Source of the DNA: Veleropilina oligotropha
Taxonomy: Eukaryota
DNA length: 64,000 nt
Assembly: GCA_048128005.1 (NCBI GenBank)
Contig: JBEUKZ010000031.1
Location: 1 to 64,000 of the forward strand
Direction: 5' to 3'
This document shows, piece after piece, positions 48,201-57,266 of this stretch. Every line of letters starts with the position of its first letter. Position 1 is the stretch's first letter. Below the pieces are notes generated by a model. The model was not told where the DNA came from. It saw only the letters and a program-made list of their open reading frames with translations, and did not search any database. The translations under genes were made by a program, and so were the position numbers.

Positions 48201-51200
48201 ATTTTACATAATATTTTTACATTATTTCAAAAGAAGACACCTATTCGTGATATTTTCAGTACGTTGTAATTGGCGATATCAGTCAAATGGTTAAAACCAC
48301 GAACCCACGTACGCGTGATGAACTTATACTGCACACTGGTGTGTGTATTCATCGGAATGTCTACCGCACACTGGTGTGTGTATTCATCGGAATGTCTAGT
48401 ACACCATACAGGACAAAGATGTAAATTGCATCACAGAATACCATGATATAGTAGAGATGGACAGAGTACTGCTCAGACCTGTACAATCACAGACGAGACA
48501 CAGAGGAAAGTGATGTACTGAACGTGCATACAACGACTAACACTAACAACTACCGTATCCTTCGCGAAGTAGTGATCATTGAAGGGGAAATTAGCGGAAG
48601 TGGACAACGTGCCGGCAGAGCTGGACCAAATATGGGGAGAATCAATGATAAGCGCCTTACTAGCAATCTGCAACAAGATCTGGCAGCCATGAGAATGCCC
48701 AACACCATGGACACAGTCACTGGTCATCACCCTAAGAAAGGAAATATAAAACAGTGCTCTACCGCACAATCAGCCTAATATGCCATCCAAGTAAAGTTAT
48801 GTTGAAGATATTGCTGAACGGACTGATGCAATAAGCGGAGAAGTTCATTGCGGAACAGGCAGTCTTCAAGGCAGAGCGCAGCTTAACGGAGCATATCGTC
48901 AATCCTAGGACATTATCACGTGTTCGTGGCTTTCAAGAAGGCGTTTGACAAGGTATGTCATGCAACCTTGTGGGCGACCATGAGGTTGTACAACATCAAC
49001 ACTAATTTGATCAGAGTTATAGAGCACCCCTACGACAAGACCACCAGCGCAGTCTATTTCAATGGCAGCATAGAGGACTGGTTCAGGACGACAGTAAGAC
49101 AAGGATGTTTGCTCTCACCGACTCTCTTTAACATCTTCCTTGAGAGAATCATGGCTGACACACTGGAAGAAAGGAAATGAAAGGATCGATGCTTAATATC
49201 CTGTATATTTTCAATAATCAATTTGTTGAAAGCAGGACATGTTCATATCGCGGGAGGAAAGCCAGGTCGCCTGGGTAAACCCGCCCTCTTTCGACCAGTT
49301 ACGGACAACTGTGATTCATAACTTAAACAAATGTGTGATGGCCCTGCCGAAGTTTGGACCCATTACTGTTCGCGTCAGCGGAATCAAGTCAGTGAATTTC
49401 GGAGTCCACAACCGATACCACACGAATGTCGAAGCGTCCGACACACTGGAAGACCACGAACGAACAGTCAGCATCGGGGCAGGACAATCACCAACTTACG
49501 TTTTGCCGAAGACATTGACGGCGTAGCAGGGAAAGACGAGGAGGTCGCCAGTTTAGTGAAACGCCTGGATAGGACGTCGACGGACTACGGTATGGCGATT
49601 AGTGCAGAGAGGACCAAAATGATAACCAATAACATCAACGACATTCACACTGACATCAGGGTCAACAGCGACAAGCAAGAAACAGTACACAGCTTCAAGT
49701 ATCTTGGAGTAATTGTAACAGACAATGGGTCAAAGCCTGAAACAATCTGCAGGATTGCACAGACAGCAACAGCATTGACAAAAACTAAAGATCATTTGGA
49801 GTGACAGAAACATGCGTTGTTTGGTCTTCTCGATATTCTTGTGCGGTTGTGAGTCGTGGACCTTGACAGCCGATATAGAGAAGAAGATACTGACCACAGA
49901 CATTACATACGTTCGAAAACTCATCGGCAAAGCCTAGAGGGACCGCATCGCCAATGAGGAATTGAAAAACAGAACCAGGCAAGCCAGTGAACCATACGAA
50001 GACCGCCATTCGATAGTGAAACGGCACAAACTAAAATGGTATGGAAACGTCTCACGATCAGAAGGGCTTGCGAAAACAATCCTGCAGGATACAATGAAGA
50101 AGAAGGATAGGTAGACAAAGAGAGAGATGGGAAAACAACATCCAAGAATGAACAGGCTTGAGGCTGAGCGACGCAGACTGAAACGGAGAGGAATGGGGGG
50201 AGCTGGTTGAAAACTCATTTGTGATGCCCCCGTGATTGAACAGAATACGAGAATGATGATGAGGAGGGAGGAACGATGCTTAATGTTCTGTATATTTACG
50301 ACATCGAGGTTCCAGATAGGACATGTCCTTGTTATCGCGGGGGGAAACCACGGTCGCCCGGGCAAACCCGCCCTCTTCGGCCAGTCGCGGACAACTGTGA
50401 TTCATAACTTGATAAAATGTCAATGCCTCAGCCAGGTATTGAACCAACTACTGTTCGCATTAGCGGAATCAAGCCAGTGAATTTAGAGTGGACACTCTTA
50501 CTCACTGCGCTGCCGAAGCGGTCTAATGAATGATGATGATAATGAACATAATTTGTTCAATGCATAATGTTAACATAAAAGATAACAAATTTAAGGCTTT
50601 TGTTCTACTTTCAAGTTTTTCATAACTGCGGACCAAAATGTCGAAATGAAGAATGGTGAGCTGAATACTATCCATATTATCTATACAATTACTAGTATAT
50701 AAAAAGTCCTTGTCGTGAGCAGCACTACGCGCACATGGACTGTGTCACAAAGCCAAACATGTCGGGTCTTGCCATGATCATGCTATCGTAGCCGATTCCA
50801 TTACCCACAGCAACCATTCGACGTTTCCTGTTACGATTCATGATTGCGCATCCTTATAATATTCCGTAATAATATTCACTGCATCAATGAACTTCAATAC
50901 GCATATTTAACGGACAACGAGTTTTGTAAATGGTGCGGATGTATTACAACTTAAGGTTAAACATGATTGGATTGGATTGGATCGATGCTTAATGTCCTGT
51001 ATATTTACAATCATCATGTCCATATTATTGCAGGAGGAAAGCCCGGTGCCCGGGAAAACCAGCCCTCTCTAACTAGTTACGGACAACTGTGATTCATAAC
51101 AGAACAAATAATGTCAATGTCCCAACCGAGAATCGAACCCATGTTCGTGTCATCGGAATCAAGTCAGTGACGTCAGAGTCTGCAACCGACACCACACGAC

Positions 51201-54200
51201 TGTCGGAGCGGCCTAAACATTATTGACAAGATAGGGTATGTTATAACAATACGAACATGAACAGGTCGTTCTTGTTAGCAGATCAACAGGCCAACTCGAC
51301 AAGACTGTATTCCTGTTAGAAGTTCGTTTTCAAGTTAATGACGTAAATCGAGCCGTTTTACAAGTACAATGTATTACAAAGTGTGTGTGAAATGGCACAC
51401 TCTAGTGATGTATTGAGCAACTTCCCAATCTTTAGCAACTACGTGTGTTAAATACCTGATACGACCAAGAGACATAAACACGTGAACAGTGTAAACACGC
51501 ATGCAAGTTAATGAAAGTGCAGGGGAGTCGTGCATTGAAATTAGACTTGTCTCCGTAGGAACAGGAAATACAACTGACATCATGAGGCAGTTTCGTGAAA
51601 ACACGTATTGGTGAGAACCATATCCACGAGAATGTCGAGAGGTGATTACTTCAGATAAGATAATTGCCTTGACAGTTCAAAATCAATTGCATTGGAATAT
51701 TAACATCGAGATTATGATTAGTGATGTATGTTTAACATTATTTGACGATCTAATCGGTACATCTAAATGAAATACAAAATGACATATGCTCCCAGAGTAT
51801 CAATAACCATTGTCAAAATCAACTATATGGAGGTAGATAAAACAAAGTATTCACAAAAATATACAATTAAATTTAAATAATGAAATTAATTCATGTTGTG
51901 AACATGGAGATTACTTTTAACGGAAATATTAAAGTGTCTGGCTGTGTGACACAGTGTAATAACATAACACAGTGATTAATTTGGTTTGAATTGTTGCGTA
52001 GTGTCCTGTTTAAGACACTTCGGGTATGACCAATACTGAACAAAGCGCATAGCCGATTAATAGAAACACACTCCTGGTAAACAGGGCAGTCAAGAGAGTG
52101 AATTGAGAGCCCACGCTCATACCCACTCGACTACTGGTGCGGCATAGCACTATCAAGTTCAGTGAATGATAATGAACAAATATATTAAATTCTTTATGTA
52201 ACACTTTTTGTACCACCATGTTGGTCAGCTTGTGGGGACCCGAAGAGACTGCAATATCTTTTTGTCAAAATGTAATATAAAGAAAGTCATCGATTCCATG
52301 ATCGTTTGATTTAAACGGACATAACGGTTTTAGATACTTAAATTAACAATGAAACGTTCGATATGTTGATTCAAATGGAATGGAGTCCATCTTTAACCGA
52401 ACATGGAGAACGTCACAAATGAGCACGAATCTGTTTCAGTGGAAATATGAGTAAAGTCGTGGAAATATTGAGATACATTTCCTTAATAAACCTAATTAGC
52501 GATTAACTCAAACGAGTATGGAATATACACAGCATTTCAATATCATAAACAAAAACATATAATGAGATTATTTTGTATCTCGGTGATAAAAAGTTCAGAT
52601 GCTATATGTATTTCAGAATAAACACAAACGATAAAAATGCATGAGCATTTGCTCACGTATACGAGATAAAAAACGTTAATGGATTCTGATATGCACTTTC
52701 ATTTTATTTCTTCCTAAGCTTGCAAAGCTACATCCAATACCATAATGTAAGTAGGTCAGAGAAATACAAACATGATTTTTGACCCGATTTGATCCGAACT
52801 CTGTGGCGAAGATCAGAATATGGCCAAGTCATTTTATATTTCAATATTTATTTAGCAGCCTGCCAAAAGATGATAATCGTTCAATTTTAGAAGAATTTTA
52901 TAGTATAGTTTTATCATTGTAAATGCTCCTTAACGATTTCATGAGAGCAATTTAACATCATTTGACGTCATACCTCGACCAGACCTGTTCACATTGTAAC
53001 GGGAGGAAGCCAGGCAACCCGGGAAAATAATCCAGACAACCGTGACTGTTAACTACACGATCCCAACTACACAAGGGTTCATATACTAGACTCATGCGAA
53101 ACCAGCTCAAACATTAGAGTGAATTTAAACAAACGCGTTAACCACTAGGCCACAGGGACGGAAAAAGACTACATTATGAAGTGTATCTAACAAGAAATAA
53201 GATATACGTTGTTGCTTGCCCGTAGCCGTTATATGTGTCTTAGAATGGTACGCAAACGAAATACTATAAGTTATCTAGCGACGTCGCGGTAGACACGGTG
53301 TATTGAATACCGCCTAACGTTAAACCACGAGGCTTATATTTTCTTGCATTTATATTCATGATTCTTAAAGATGGCTGGCCGCTTCGACAGTCGTGTGGTT
53401 TTGGTTGCTGACTCCGAAATATCACTGGCTTGATTCCGCTGACGCGAACAGTAGTGGGTTCGAGCCTCGGTTGGGACATGACATTATTTGTTCAAGTTAT
53501 GAGTAACAGTTGTCCGTAACTGGTCGGAAAGGGCGGGTTTCCCCGGGTGACCGGACTTCCTCCAGCGATAATATGGACATGTCCTGGTTTGTTCTGAATG
53601 GTTGGAAATATACAGGACATTAAGCATATATCATTTCCTTTCCTTTTTCTTAACGATGGTTAAGGGACTGATAATTTATTATAGGGGGTGGGCAGGTGAT
53701 ATGGGGGTGAGTCACGAAAAAAAGACACAGGCATTAGGAATGGGCATGAAATAAAAACAGTGTTTGGGTTTGGGTTAACACGGTTAATTGTCAAAATTTT
53801 CCAATTGATCACAGATAGTGAAGGTTTTACCTTAGTATCCCTTTTCAAAATGGCACTGTTTTTAGGGCTAGGTCATGAAAATAGTGTTTGGGGGGTGTCT
53901 TAAAAAACATTCAGAATGCAGGGGAGGGGTTTCTCGACTTTAATTGTCAAAAAAATTATCTGCTTTAAGGGTGGGTCAAGAAGAAAATGTGTTTGCTGGT
54001 ATGTCATGAAAAAATTTCATAACTTTTGTGATATTCATTTAGTTGATAGTGATTCGTAAATGTTGGTGGTAGGAAAAGTCACGTTTGCACCATCATAATG
54101 CTGGAAAAGATGTTTCACACAGGAAATTGTCCAAATTTTCCACTGCGCGGGGAGGGAGCTAGGAACCACGTAGACAGTTCATTACAAATTGTAACCCCTT

Positions 54201-56298
54201 TTCAAAAAGATACAAGTTTTAGGGGCGAATCATGAAATAATAATTACACAGCGCTCTGTAAAACTCATACAGCTTGATAAAAATAGTTCATAAATATTGG
54301 TAATATATACCACGGCTGCACTCACAAAATACAGGACAGACAATATTTATGTCGTAATTGGGCAAGCGACTTGAAAAGTTGAAATTACTGGATATATTAG
54401 AAACAGTATTCACTTTTTTCATATGAGACATATATAGTGAAATCAATATAAATATATATTTACTCAAACATTTCGCCAGCAGATTTGTAAAAGTAATAAT
54501 AGGCTTATATTGCTTATTTTAATATAATTAAAAAAGAGCAAAAATAACATCAATTTTAATACTTCTAAATAGTTCTTGAAGTGAGGATGCTCTAAAATAT
54601 TTTTGACACATTGGGTCTAAATCGATAAATGTTTGACTATTAGGTCTGTATAGCCAAAGGAATGCACTCAGGTGGAGGTTCCCCTTTAAGCAAGTAGAAG
54701 TGAGTGTAGTGCGAATGCCCAATTCTCGGTCTGATCAAGACTACCTTTTCACAGCGCAAGGACATGTGAGGGGCCCACCTCAACAAGAAGATCCTGGACA
54801 TTCTGCAGTGTATTCCTCATGCGATCATCCAAACAACATTACCATGTGCTTTAAATGTATTTATTTATATGGTACTTAAAATCTGACCACGGAATTTTGA
54901 AATTTTTAGGTTGGTTAATATGTAAAGCTGACTTCGATGCCAATATGGCTTGGTATGCAGCATAAAATGATGTCATTTTTGTTTAAGAGATTATTGTACT
55001 TGATCAATAAATGTTGTATTTATGTCGCCTGGGGAAACCTGCTCTCTCCAAACAGTTACAGAAAACTGTGACTCAAGACTTGAACAAATAATGTCATGTC
55101 TCGGCCGAGGTTCGAACCATAAACTACTGTTCGTGTCAGCGGAATCAAGCTAGTGGTTTTTCGGAGTACACAACCGAATTCACAAGACTGTCGGAGCAGT
55201 CAAATGCAGGATCGAGTTTCACAGAGTTTCCTGCTGCGCGGGCAGTTAAGAATATATTGTAAAAGTTGGACCCCTTTCAAATTTAAGAATCCACACCCTC
55301 AAATTCACCCCTGGGTGAATCATCATTTTTTGACGCAATCGGTTGACCATTTCCACCGACCCACCCCCTATAATAAATGACCAGTCCCTAACATTGCGCA
55401 CACAAAATTAATATCGAATTTTGCGGCAATCAATCTTAATTGTCTGTATACTACATTTTCAGCAGTGTATATGTTTCAATTTGATTGAAGAGGCAGCCTT
55501 GTTGAAAATGGTGTATAAATATAGCTTCACGCTTGGAGTTATGGGTACACGTCGTATCATGGACAAATCTGAAAAATAACGACTTATGAAAAATGTCACC
55601 ACGTTTGCAATATTCGTGTTTGCGAAATTATTCTACGCATAGGAACATACAGTTTGGTTACTTGCAGAAAAGACATATCGATGATCGTAAATATAAGACA
55701 TATTTATTATATTCTGTGTGATGTTCTGTCAATTGAAATGATCTTCTCATCAATATACATTTGGCAACAACTTTCATGTAAGTACATACTTGGCTGAAAT
55801 TAGTACTCAACAGAAAAAGGACATTGATACAATATTGAAACAACCTGAATAACGCTGTTTCAATGGCATGGGTTAATATATGTATTAATGCCGGTGCTCC
55901 GGTGGGGGGGGGGGGTCGATATACAATAACTAATACATGTCGACGTGCGACCGTTCTTTTGCAAACTTAAATGTATACATGACACGTCGTGTGACAAATT
56001 AATGGTACGCGTTTAATTTAATTAATTAAATTATAATATGAATAATATAACAAAATACTTACAGTGTCCTTGTGTGTTTGGGTATTCCTCTTGGGATTTT
56101 AGTTAATTTTTTGGCCTCGCAGCTTACGTCCACTTGCCCTTTCGAACCAGAACAAGTACATAGCGATGTTCTGTCAGGATTTGAATTACATACGTCGACT
56201 TTCTGACTCAAAGCACCACACACGTACGTCGTTACGAAGATAGTGATTAATATAACATTCATGGACAACCAAGCTGTGCCACAGGGAATCTTTCTCAT
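145..56298 (-). CDS. Adhesion GPCR (LRR + Ly6/uPAR-like + SEA + HormR + GAIN + 7TM), ADGRG2/4/6-like 7TM; 25 coding exons, ~1189 aa
   Basis: Hand-spliced GT-AG exons join in one open frame (3570 nt including stop): 56063-56298, 39971-40042, 37330-37401, 35025-35093, 34671-34742, 34164-34324, 33507-33601, 23994-24177, 23473-23591, 22486-22544, 22018-22178, 21617-21755, 21154-21269, 20625-20856, 19441-19618, 19021-19173, 18367-18603, 17864-18016, 17083-17207, 16589-16712, 8703-8847, 8458-8536, 7603-8003, 5273-5374, 145-230. The last two exons are less certain. Confidence 0.9.
280..525 (-). mobile_element. SINE (diverged)
   Basis: gatcgatgcttaaagtcctgta tail, gggaggaaagcccgg core, attcgaactc B box. 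Confidence 0.8.
800..1545 (+). mobile_element. I/Nimb-group LINE 3' fragment with RNase H remnant
   Basis: CWIPSHIGIESNEKADKAA; VVLTRLRIG...GEPPPECIPC...VKQILLDC; related to 44380-44630 and 54340-55015. Confidence 0.8.
1743..3295. repeat. Unclassified interspersed repeat hosting the IS3EU-like insertion; second copy at ~46153-46780
   Basis: Shared blocks, e.g. ataaaattattcttaaaacgtgtttataat, gcagacgac.cctcgcttca, catgacgtcaacac. Confidence 0.8.
2066..2992. mobile_element. IS3EU-like non-autonomous DNA transposon with internal 21-bp repeats
   Basis: TATGG...CCATA termini, long TIRs, 6-bp TSD CATTTG (2060-2065 and 2993-2998); arrays of aattgaattgaacctaggtgc. Confidence 0.8.
3361..3530. repeat. 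Palindromic element with four CTCG cores (non-autonomous Crypton-like)
   Basis: ~170-bp hairpin; CTCG at 3412, 3437, 3448, 3473. Confidence 0.75.
5273..5374 (-). CDS. aGPCR intracellular-tail exon (probable)
   Basis: tttgcag|FTTSAQNTAAKRLQNANSSSTVVNGTYGCSPTK|gtttgc; 102 nt, phase 1-1, S/T-rich. Confidence 0.6.
5419..6365 (+). mobile_element. HINE/pearl-type (Helentron-like) non-autonomous element with ~157-bp internal tandem repeats (~5 copies)
   Basis: aactag start, subterminal inverted repeat tggtccgcct/aggcgggcca, gaccccatctttgaactt units, (gacgcc)-type microsatellite, terminal hairpin. Confidence 0.8.
6386..6595 (+). mobile_element. SINE (diverged)
   Basis: ggccgctccggtag head, gcgataatatggaca..tcctgg core, aagcatcga tail. 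Confidence 0.65.
7147..7267. repeat. Palindromic element, centre partly lost
   Basis: aattattgactgtt.tttcggtgaat.taatgatttatcca / tggataaatcattatattcaccgaaataacagtcaataatt; caag/cgag at symmetric positions. Confidence 0.7.
7603..8003 (-). CDS. aGPCR TM5-TM7 exon
   Basis: CWL...FYGSFLAPVALVLIMN...LLGLTWVFA...YLFAIFNTLQGLFIFVFYC. Confidence 0.96.
8458..8847 (-). CDS. aGPCR TM3/TM4 exons (8703-8847, 8458-8536)
   Basis: AVAVLLHYFLLSAMAWMAIEAFYMYLALVLVF...VGWG|VPAIIVIITL. Confidence 0.95.
8906..9137 (+). mobile_element. tRNA-derived SINE (Meta-like central domain), 5' part; tail resumes at 16492-16525 after the DIRS
   Basis: A box ggcagcgcagtgg, B box ggttcaatacc, core ggtttacccgggcgaccggggtttcctcc; an intact junction is visible in the copy at 24281-24421. 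Confidence 0.9.
9433..9520. repeat. DIRS internal complementary region (ICR)
   Basis: The first half is the reverse complement of the left terminus (~9134-9186) and the second half is the reverse complement of the right terminus (~16452-16491); the halves join at cATATg. Confidence 0.95.
10440..11350 (-). pseudogene. DIRS tyrosine recombinase remnant (heavily decayed)
   Basis: STTKVYDYRWVKYVDWC (N-domain), FLIALASGRRCS, GFLAKNQ, YYLDRI, RAHEVR (HxxR); broken by stops and indels. Confidence 0.8.
11361..11760 (-). pseudogene. DIRS DNA adenine-methyltransferase-like domain (frameshifted)
   Basis: VDLFATEFNYRLPLYVSP...WENLSAYAFPP... then, in another frame, LIAPLYRTQPWFPTLLDL. Confidence 0.85.
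11746..13240 (-). pseudogene. DIRS reverse transcriptase / RNase H (frameshifts near 13150 and 12730)
   Basis: GFYSHFFLVPKPDGRWRPILDLSYLN, SIDLTDAYLHVP, CLPFGLSSAPYVFT, YLDDWL, LFTDASNDGWG, HINFLELRAV, TDNTTVVAYI, HIPGKLNVRADSLSR. Confidence 0.95.
13109..15190 (-). pseudogene. DIRS gag-like ORF1 (frameshifted)
   Basis: P/S/R-rich fragments; C-terminal GNALLLRRVAYL...LRCVP...FG block typical of DIRS gag; start position uncertain. Confidence 0.65.
16589..16712 (-). CDS. aGPCR TM2 exon
   Basis: KLRRDNPSKILINLCIALAASNLVFLVG...ACK; the KLRRDxPSKIL motif is typical of ADGRG2/4/6. Confidence 0.95.
17083..17207 (-). CDS. aGPCR TM1 exon
   Basis: LSVISDVGCALSLIGLLLTILTYVLFR. Confidence 0.94.
17864..18016 (-). 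CDS. aGPCR GPS exon with autoproteolysis site and Stachel
   Basis: CVYW...GGWSAEGC...TTCACNHL|TNFALLM. Confidence 0.96.
18367..20856 (-). CDS. aGPCR GAIN domain (exons 20625-20856, 19441-19618, 19021-19173, 18367-18603)
   Basis: IVGTVSNVL..AEQ..SATRLLQSVD; AAIVLPPSLF...RVTFSVYQTDKIF; INSYVIAAGV...GLTTPVMMTFQH. Confidence 0.9.
19680..20050. mobile_element. MITE
   Basis: TIR tttcggtacttccccacag.tccggctttta / taaaagccgga.ctgtggggaagtaccgaaa; internal ~48-bp duplication. Confidence 0.75.
21154..21755 (-). CDS. aGPCR HormR domain (exons 21617-21755, 21154-21269)
   Basis: LCLESMTSGGKGDFYWKTTLEGETASFVCP...ATRLC...GWNIPDDVKC. Confidence 0.88.
22018..23591 (-). CDS. aGPCR SEA-like domain (exons 23473-23591, 22486-22544, 22018-22178)
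   Basis: FDFYLEFVMQRKWMAELKHVASLTFKKLAKDIESK|IINILSG...VTLFR|PPNITASVNIT...; resembles the SEA N-terminal W..L...S..F..LA..IE pattern; phases are compatible. Confidence 0.75.
22821..23101. repeat. 28-bp minisatellite x10
   Basis: atcagggaacaatcaccgaaaccgacca units; one variant base seen. Confidence 0.97.
23994..24177 (-). CDS. aGPCR exon: C-half of Ly6/uPAR-like domain
   Basis: VKCAESV...KKFCLNSSDC...TCNYCCIDRLCN, with the terminal CCxxxxCN signature; phase 0-1. Confidence 0.87.
24281..24421 (+). mobile_element. SINE, 5'-truncated
   Basis: Near-identical to the 3' half of the 8906 copy; shows the empty DIRS target gttgtaaATATacaggac. Confidence 0.88.
24836..26913 (+). mobile_element. HINE/pearl-type element with ~180-bp satellite-like array (~7 copies, ~25070-26377)
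   Basis: aactag start, atgcccccgg/ccgggggcat subTIR, (gacg)n microsatellite, 3' hairpin; last unit interrupted at 26378-26760. Confidence 0.85.
27304..30652 (-). pseudogene. LINE ORF2: 2A-like peptide, AP endonuclease, RT
   Basis: LLLSGDVHENPGP; DIICFTETHL, RKDRSNHGGGVAVYV, IYRPP, DDLN, EPTRIT; KATGP; VPQGSVLG; LFADVT; many frameshifts. Confidence 0.92.
31040..31370. mobile_element. GC-rich MITE inserted between LINE ORF1 and ORF2
   Basis: Inverted tgggcggacttgttt.ggt.cgcc / ggcgcaccgaaacaagtccgccca; internal ~42-bp direct repeat. Confidence 0.65.
32885..33448 (-). pseudogene. LINE ORF1 (coiled coil + RRM-like, L1 ORF1/Transposase_22-like)
   Basis: Heptad-rich N-part, NEQYSKRSNIRLLGI, AAHRL, PKPIIVKF, ITDDLTKRN; C-end disrupted by a 23-bp triplication. 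Confidence 0.85.
33507..33601 (-). CDS. aGPCR exon: N-half of Ly6/uPAR-like domain
   Basis: tttcag|GSMFPNPQRCHVCTNYDRIDSCPIQECEGGE|gtaagt; phase 1-0. Confidence 0.85.
33808..34080 (-). mobile_element. SINE with a poly-G expansion in the core
   Basis: Reverse complement of the family head and tail. Confidence 0.8.
34164..34324 (-). CDS. aGPCR LRRCT exon
   Basis: HLTGNPLQCGCEEKILRDWM...CANLNGEDI...C, the LRRCT NPxxCxC pattern. Confidence 0.9.
34671..34742 (-). CDS. aGPCR LRR exon 4 (72 nt)
   Basis: ttgtag|..DLSDNDIQHFTKNAFMSMPKLMEV|gtaagt. Confidence 0.9.
35025..35093 (-). CDS. aGPCR LRR exon 3 (69 nt)
   Basis: cttcag|..NLKANAITTIDDMFQHLPKLQNL|gtaagt. Confidence 0.9.
35720..37295. repeat. 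Cluster of diverged inverted repeat copies
   Basis: ~35950-36452 is the inverse of ~36711-37292; ~35720-35860 is the inverse of ~36550-36700. Confidence 0.75.
37330..37401 (-). CDS. aGPCR LRR exon 2 (72 nt)
   Basis: ttgcag|..YLQTNDINYIEAGAFKDLRKLQI|gtaagt; phase 2-2. Confidence 0.92.
37410..39361 (-). mobile_element. Crypton-like (CryptonA/DUF3504) tyrosine-recombinase DNA transposon
   Basis: YR pseudogene, 146-nt terminal hairpin (37417-37562) and a 9-bp inverted repeat TTATTACTC (37567) / GAGTAATAA (39353); exact boundaries are inferred. Confidence 0.8.
37990..39056 (-). pseudogene. DUF3504 / KIAA1958-ZMYM-QRICH1-like tyrosine recombinase (at least 3 frameshifts)
   Basis: NQNTLRKT..D, KKANGQEYEPSSL, GNLPNRAESL, HFGLR, EYNERQTRTRTG, RCPVSIYKLY, WFKRQPVGQNKL, TNHS, IMQISGLKNIQSVNNY. 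Confidence 0.9.
39971..40042 (-). CDS. aGPCR LRR exon 1 (72 nt)
   Basis: ttttcag|..RLNQNRLDNITVEDLKGLDKLERL|gtaagt; phase 2-2. Confidence 0.92.
40300..40505 (+). mobile_element. SINE, partial (other partial copies at ~52980-53160, 55024-55201, 57040-57125)
   Basis: ggtttccccggggtgaccgggctttcctccc core and acaggacattaagc tail. Confidence 0.8.
42180..42848. mobile_element. HINE-type element (~42392-42848) with an inverted partial copy (~42180-42338), each carrying a (TA)n tract
   Basis: atgtcttgacc/ggtcaagacat hairpin and a distal ggtcaagatat...cttgtt end; ~150-bp inverted arms around a ~55-bp spacer. Confidence 0.7.
42862..43020. repeat. Palindromic element with four CTCG cores
   Basis: Hairpin; CTCG at 42889, 42934, 42945, 42991. 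Confidence 0.75.
44380..44630 (-). mobile_element. I/Nimb-group LINE fragment
   Basis: Reverse-complement similarity to 1000-1250 (LLKGEPPPEC block). Confidence 0.7.
44661..44920 (+). mobile_element. Full-length SINE
   Basis: Same head, B box (ggttcgatcc), core and tail as the other copies. Confidence 0.88.
48400..50250 (+). mobile_element. RTE-clade LINE 3' part (decayed RT)
   Basis: FKKAFDKV, WFRTTVRQGCLLSPTLFNIFLERIM, ITNLRFAEDID, FKYLG, CESWTL; interrupted by a SINE at 49171-49439. Confidence 0.9.
49171..49439 (-). mobile_element. Full-length SINE inserted in the RTE RT
   Basis: Perfect 14-bp TSD gacacactggaaga (49157-49170 and 49440-49453). Confidence 0.93.
50263..50523 (-). mobile_element. 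Full-length SINE, same subfamily as 8906
   Basis: Close reverse-complement match to 8906-9137 plus tail; flanked by a gaatgatgatga direct repeat (TSD). Confidence 0.9.
50965..51213 (-). mobile_element. SINE
   Basis: Reverse complement of the family consensus with a (ccaat)n tail. Confidence 0.85.
53377..53646 (+). mobile_element. Full-length SINE
   Basis: ggccgcttcgacag head, ggttcgagcc B box, acaggacattaagcat tail; imperfect TSD ttcttaa(a/c)gatgg. Confidence 0.88.
53664..55388. mobile_element. Harbinger-type MITE containing nested LINE and SINE fragments
   Basis: TIR gggactg..aatttattatagggg / cccctataataaatgaccagtccc with TAA on both sides. Confidence 0.78.
54340..55015 (-). mobile_element. 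I/Nimb-group LINE 3' fragment
   Basis: Reverse-complement similarity to 850-1500 (IPSHIGI; KGEPPPECIP; IKIDVIFALF). Confidence 0.75.
56063..56298 (-). CDS. aGPCR first coding exon: signal peptide + LRRNT
   Basis: MRKIPC...VILITIFVTTYVCGALSQ, then C..CTCS...VSCEAKKLTKIPRGIPKHTRTL; phase-2 gtaag donor. An acceptor at about 56462 suggests a further upstream non-coding exon. Confidence 0.88.
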
Positions 56299-57266
56299 TG
56301 TTACTGTTGTTTATAAAACTGATGGTCTCATTTCCTTGAAACTTGGTACTTGTACGGTAACATCGTAAATATAATGTTCAAACACTGTTACGCTCTTCTC
56401 ATTAACATTGGCGATGGTTATATTTTCCACTCGATAAAATAAAATCTCTCCGAACAAATACCTACAATGTAGAAATAGAAATGTAAGTCGACTAAATAAA
56501 CACATGCCACTTGTGACTATTAAACGATATATTTGTGCGAGGTTGGGCGAGTCATTATACAGATCTTGGTGTAAAACTGTTACAATTTACTCCAGTTAAT
56601 TAACAGTATTTCACTTCGCTCCGGAATGTGGCACTGTGTTCAAATAGTCTATACTACAAGCGAATGTTTGCATATGGACTACACGCATTCTGAAAGCCAT
56701 GAAATGTCGGTTGGAAAATATCGTATAACAGGATTTGCTGTTTCCATTTAGGCAGAGGTCAGTCACAAAGACGTGTCCATCATATATGTGTGACAATGTA
56801 AAGCCACTGACAGGTAGCAAACAGACTGTTATGCCAAACGCAAGGTCAAGCATAAAGAAGCTACCACATTATTTAAATCTTTTAAAAGCATTTTAATACT
56901 GACTTGCATATACGAATTATGCAAGATAGCGGTATACAGCACCTTTAACACCTAAAGTGTTAGATCTGAGACTGTTCACTGCAAAATAGTGAGATAGAAG
57001 TGATGCATAATTCACATTTTATCACCCTTCAGAATCATACCAAGACATGTATTTTATTGCATGGGGAAAGCCCGGTTACAGAGTAAAACTCGCCTGCACC
57101 GGACATTTACTGACAACTGTGACAGTTAATTGAGATAAGTGTTCATATGTACATATGTATGTACATATTTATGGACATAGGAATTAAATATGGGAAGTCA
57201 ATTCGTAGCATTGGGTATACTACAATATGATTGCATGATGTTTATGTATTTTGCAAATATACGCAA

